Origin: Ignavibacteriota bacterium
Lineage (GTDB): Bacteria; Bacteroidota; Ignavibacteria; UBA10030
Assembly (NCBI GenBank): GCA_963701295.1
Contig: OY969585.1
Coordinates: 2,400,001 to 2,464,000 of the forward strand
Direction of reading: 5' to 3'
DNA: 64,000 nt
The position numbers and the translations under genes were made by a program. Below are positions 61,558-64,000 of the stretch, one piece after another; the stretch's first letter is position 1; each line of letters starts with the position of its first letter. The notes under the pieces are model-generated. The model was not told the DNA's origin, made no database searches, and worked only from the letters and a program-made list of their open reading frames with translations.

Positions 61558-62642
61558 ATGGATAATGATATGAAAGTATTTCATAAAACTTCACCTCATG
61601 TAATTCTAAATCAACTAGGTATTACTGTTTTCCTTTTTTTAATGCTATGTATTGAGTCGAGAGCACAGAATTATGCGGTAGGGGCAGATCTATCTTTTAT
61701 GAAACAAGCGGAAGATAATGGATTTACTTTTAAAGAAAATGGACACATAGAACCTTGTCTCCAGATATTCAAAGATCATGGATATAATTGGATACGCTTG
61801 CGATTGTTTCATACACCGAAAGAATTACCGAACACTCTTGAGTATACCATTGCAGCAGCCAAACAGGCGAAAGCTCTTGGTTTTAGGTTCTTGCTCGATT
61901 ATCATTATTCCGATACTTGGGCGGATCCGAAAAAGCAGTTTATTCCAAAAGCCTGGGAAGGAAAATCTCATGCTGAATTGGTCAAAGCAGTATTTGAATA
62001 TACACAAGCTACGATGATTGCATTTCGCGACTCTGGAGCGTTTCCGGATATGGTAGAGGTTGGGAATGAAATTATCAATGGAATGCTCTGGCCGGATGGG
62101 AAACTGCCGGAGAATTGGAATAATTTTGCAGAATTGGTACAAGCAGGTATTAACGGAGTATATGCAAGCTGCGGAAACAATCCCTGCCCTAAAATAATGA
62201 TTCATATTGATCAGGGTGCGAATAAAAATGCTACAAAATATTTTTTTGATAAACTTAAATCTTATGGAATACAATACGACGTAATCGGACAATCCTATTA
62301 TCCGTGGTGGCATGGCAGTTTGCTCGACTTACGGGAATGTTTAGGCTTTACTGCAAACGAATATAAGAAAGACATAATTGTTGTAGAGACTGCGTATAAC
62401 TGGACACCCAAAGAATACATTAATAAAAACGCTCCATTTCCGGAATCTCCCAAAGGTCAAAAAGAATTTTGGGAGGAAGTTAATAGAATCGTTTTGGGTG
62501 TGCCAGATAACAGGGGCGCTGGCGTCTTCTGGTGGGAACCTGCTGTATTGCGCGGAGGTACCAGGTACCTAGAAGTTTTTTTGATGAGAAGGGAAATGTA
62601 TTACCTGTGATTAATGTGTTTGACAGGTTTATAAGAAAGTAG
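61558..62642 (+). CDS. GH53 endo-beta-1,4-galactanase, apparent frameshift near the C-terminus
   Basis: GADLS, HYSDTWADP, VGNE, SYYPWWHG, VETAY; the typical SFFDEKGNVLPV tail is in another frame (62571-62642). Confidence 0.85.
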
Positions 62643-62728
62643 AATTCGAAAAAGACAAAACAATAAATAAGTTTATTTATCCGTTAACAAAAAACAGTTC
62701 TTAAGTTATAGGTTTAAGGAGAGACTTC

Positions 62729-64000
62729 ATGAAACAATCCAAAGTATTGTTTCTGATAAAACATTTACCGGTATCAATTCTCTTTCTTTTATTTCTAGTT
62801 CAACACCAGGAGGTACATTCACAATTTGCAAATGGCGCGGATATCGGTTGGCTATCGCAGATGGAGTCGGCCGGATATGTTTTTTACAACGATTCCGGAA
62901 TCCAAAAGAACTGCATGGAGATATTAAAAGAGAAAGGAATGAATGCACTCCGATTCAGAGTGTGGGTAAATCCAACCGGCGGCTATTGCAATAGGAAAGA
63001 CGTGGCATATATGGCTCATCGTGCAGACAGCATGGGATTCAGTGTGATGATAGATTTTCACTGCAGCGATACCTGGGCTGATCCGTCACATCAAGCTAAA
63101 CCGGCGGCATGGCTAAATGACACGTATCCCCAATTGCTCACAGATCTTTACAACCATATTTACGGCGTGTTGGATACACTCAAATCACTCGGCGTAGTTC
63201 CTAAATGGGTGCAGATCGGGAATGAAACTAACGACGGCATGTTATGGGAAGATGGAAGAGCATCGACACATATGAATAATTTTGCTGCAATGATCAAAAT
63301 CGGTTACGAAGCCGCTAAGGCTGTTGACAGCTCAATCCAGGTAATTGTTCATCTGTCAAACGGAAATGACAATGCGATGTTTAGACAGATGTTCGATGGC
63401 CTGAAAAGCAACGGCGCCAAGTGGGATATCATTGGAATGTCGGTGTATCCCTATTGGGCTAATTTGCCGTGGAATACTGATGATAGTTTGGCACTCATAA
63501 ACATGAAGGATATGATTGCCAGGTATCAAACGAAAGTCATGGTTTGTGAAACAGGCTATCTGTATAACCAGGCAATCACTGCGAATCATTTTCTTCTCGA
63601 CCTGATAGAGAGAACAAAATCAGTAGATGGATTGGGTGTTTTTTATTGGGAACCCGAATGTTATAGCTGGCAGAATTATCAACTCGGTGCATGGGATCCT
63701 CTAACAAAACGACCTACGGTTGCTTTAAATGCTTTTGTAGGTATAAGTACTACTTCGGTAAAACAAGAAAAGAATATTCTTATTTATGATCTCAATATTT
63801 ATCCTAATCCGTTTAATCCAACAACTACAATCGAGTTCACACTTGCTGAAGACAGCCATGTCTTATTAAAGGTGTACGATGTGTTGGGTCGAGAAGTGGC
63901 AATCTTGATACATCAAGACTTGAAAGCAGGTGAACCGCACAGTTCTGTCTTCAATGCTTCGCGACTTGCTTCTGGTATATACTTCTGCTGCCTGGAAACT
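62729..64000 (+). CDS. GH53 endo-beta-1,4-galactanase with T9SS CTD (runs off window end; not in ORF track)
   Basis: MKQSKV... GADIGWL, RFRVWVNP, SDTWADP, QIGNE, SVYPYW, YWEPE; IYPNPFNPTT. Confidence 0.9.
   Translation, partial: MKQSKVLFLIKHLPVSILFLLFLVQHQEVHSQFANGADIGWLSQMESAGYVFYNDSGIQKNCMEILKEKGMNALRFRVWVNPTGGYCNRKDVAYMAHRADSMGFSVMIDFHCSDTWADPSHQAKPAAWLNDTYPQLLTDLYNHIYGVLDTLKSLGVVPKWVQIGNETNDGMLWEDGRASTHMNNFAAMIKIGYEAAKAVDSSIQVIVHLSNGNDNAMFRQMFDGLKSNGAKWDIIGMSVYPYWANLPWNTDDSLALINMKDMIARYQTKVMVCETGYLYNQAITANHFLLDLIERTKSVDGLGVFYWEPECYSWQNYQLGAWDPLTKRPTVALNAFVGISTTSVKQEKNILIYDLNIYPNPFNPTTTIEFTLAEDSHVLLKVYDVLGREVAILIHQDLKAGEPHSSVFNASRLASGIYFCCLET

Noticed and set aside
62556-62569. AGGTACC tandem duplication as the cause of the GH53 frameshift
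   Set aside because: Removing 7 bp gives an immediate TAG and does not restore the downstream frame.
249-63589. Numerous short ORFs overlapping the long genes
   Set aside because: Shadow or alternative-frame ORFs of well-supported genes, with no motifs of their own.

Overview
The window looks like an FCB-group genome, probably Ignavibacteria-like. This is inferred from many 'YPNPFNP...K' T9SS C-terminal domains alongside canonical TTGACA/TATA-T sigma70 promoters. It has two parts. (1) About 0.7-40.9 kb is an integron-type gene-cassette array with no integrase in the window. About 14 intact, split or decayed copies of one long (~120-230 bp) attC-like family (RYYYAAC-N5-GCTCAAGCTGAC...GCAGCTTAG-N8-GTTAGGC) separate same-strand genes. 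Many of these genes are unusually large T9SS-exported enzymes: GH116-like, GH5, Asp-box propeller, glycosidase-like propellers, an S8 protease and a gluconolactonase. Two IS110/IS1111 elements sit at the same base of two attC sites. Their downstream non-coding regions show a readable bridge/seekRNA with guides matching the attC target and their own ends. Several tRNA-fMet 3' tails with terminators also interrupt the array. (2) About 41.4-64 kb is a SusD-less galactan/galactoside utilisation locus: TonB-dependent receptor, T9SS beta-helix protein, LacI with two operators, galK, galT, an unknown 611-aa protein, GH112, GH42, an MFS transporter and three GH53 genes. All calls come from reading motifs by eye; no searches were run.
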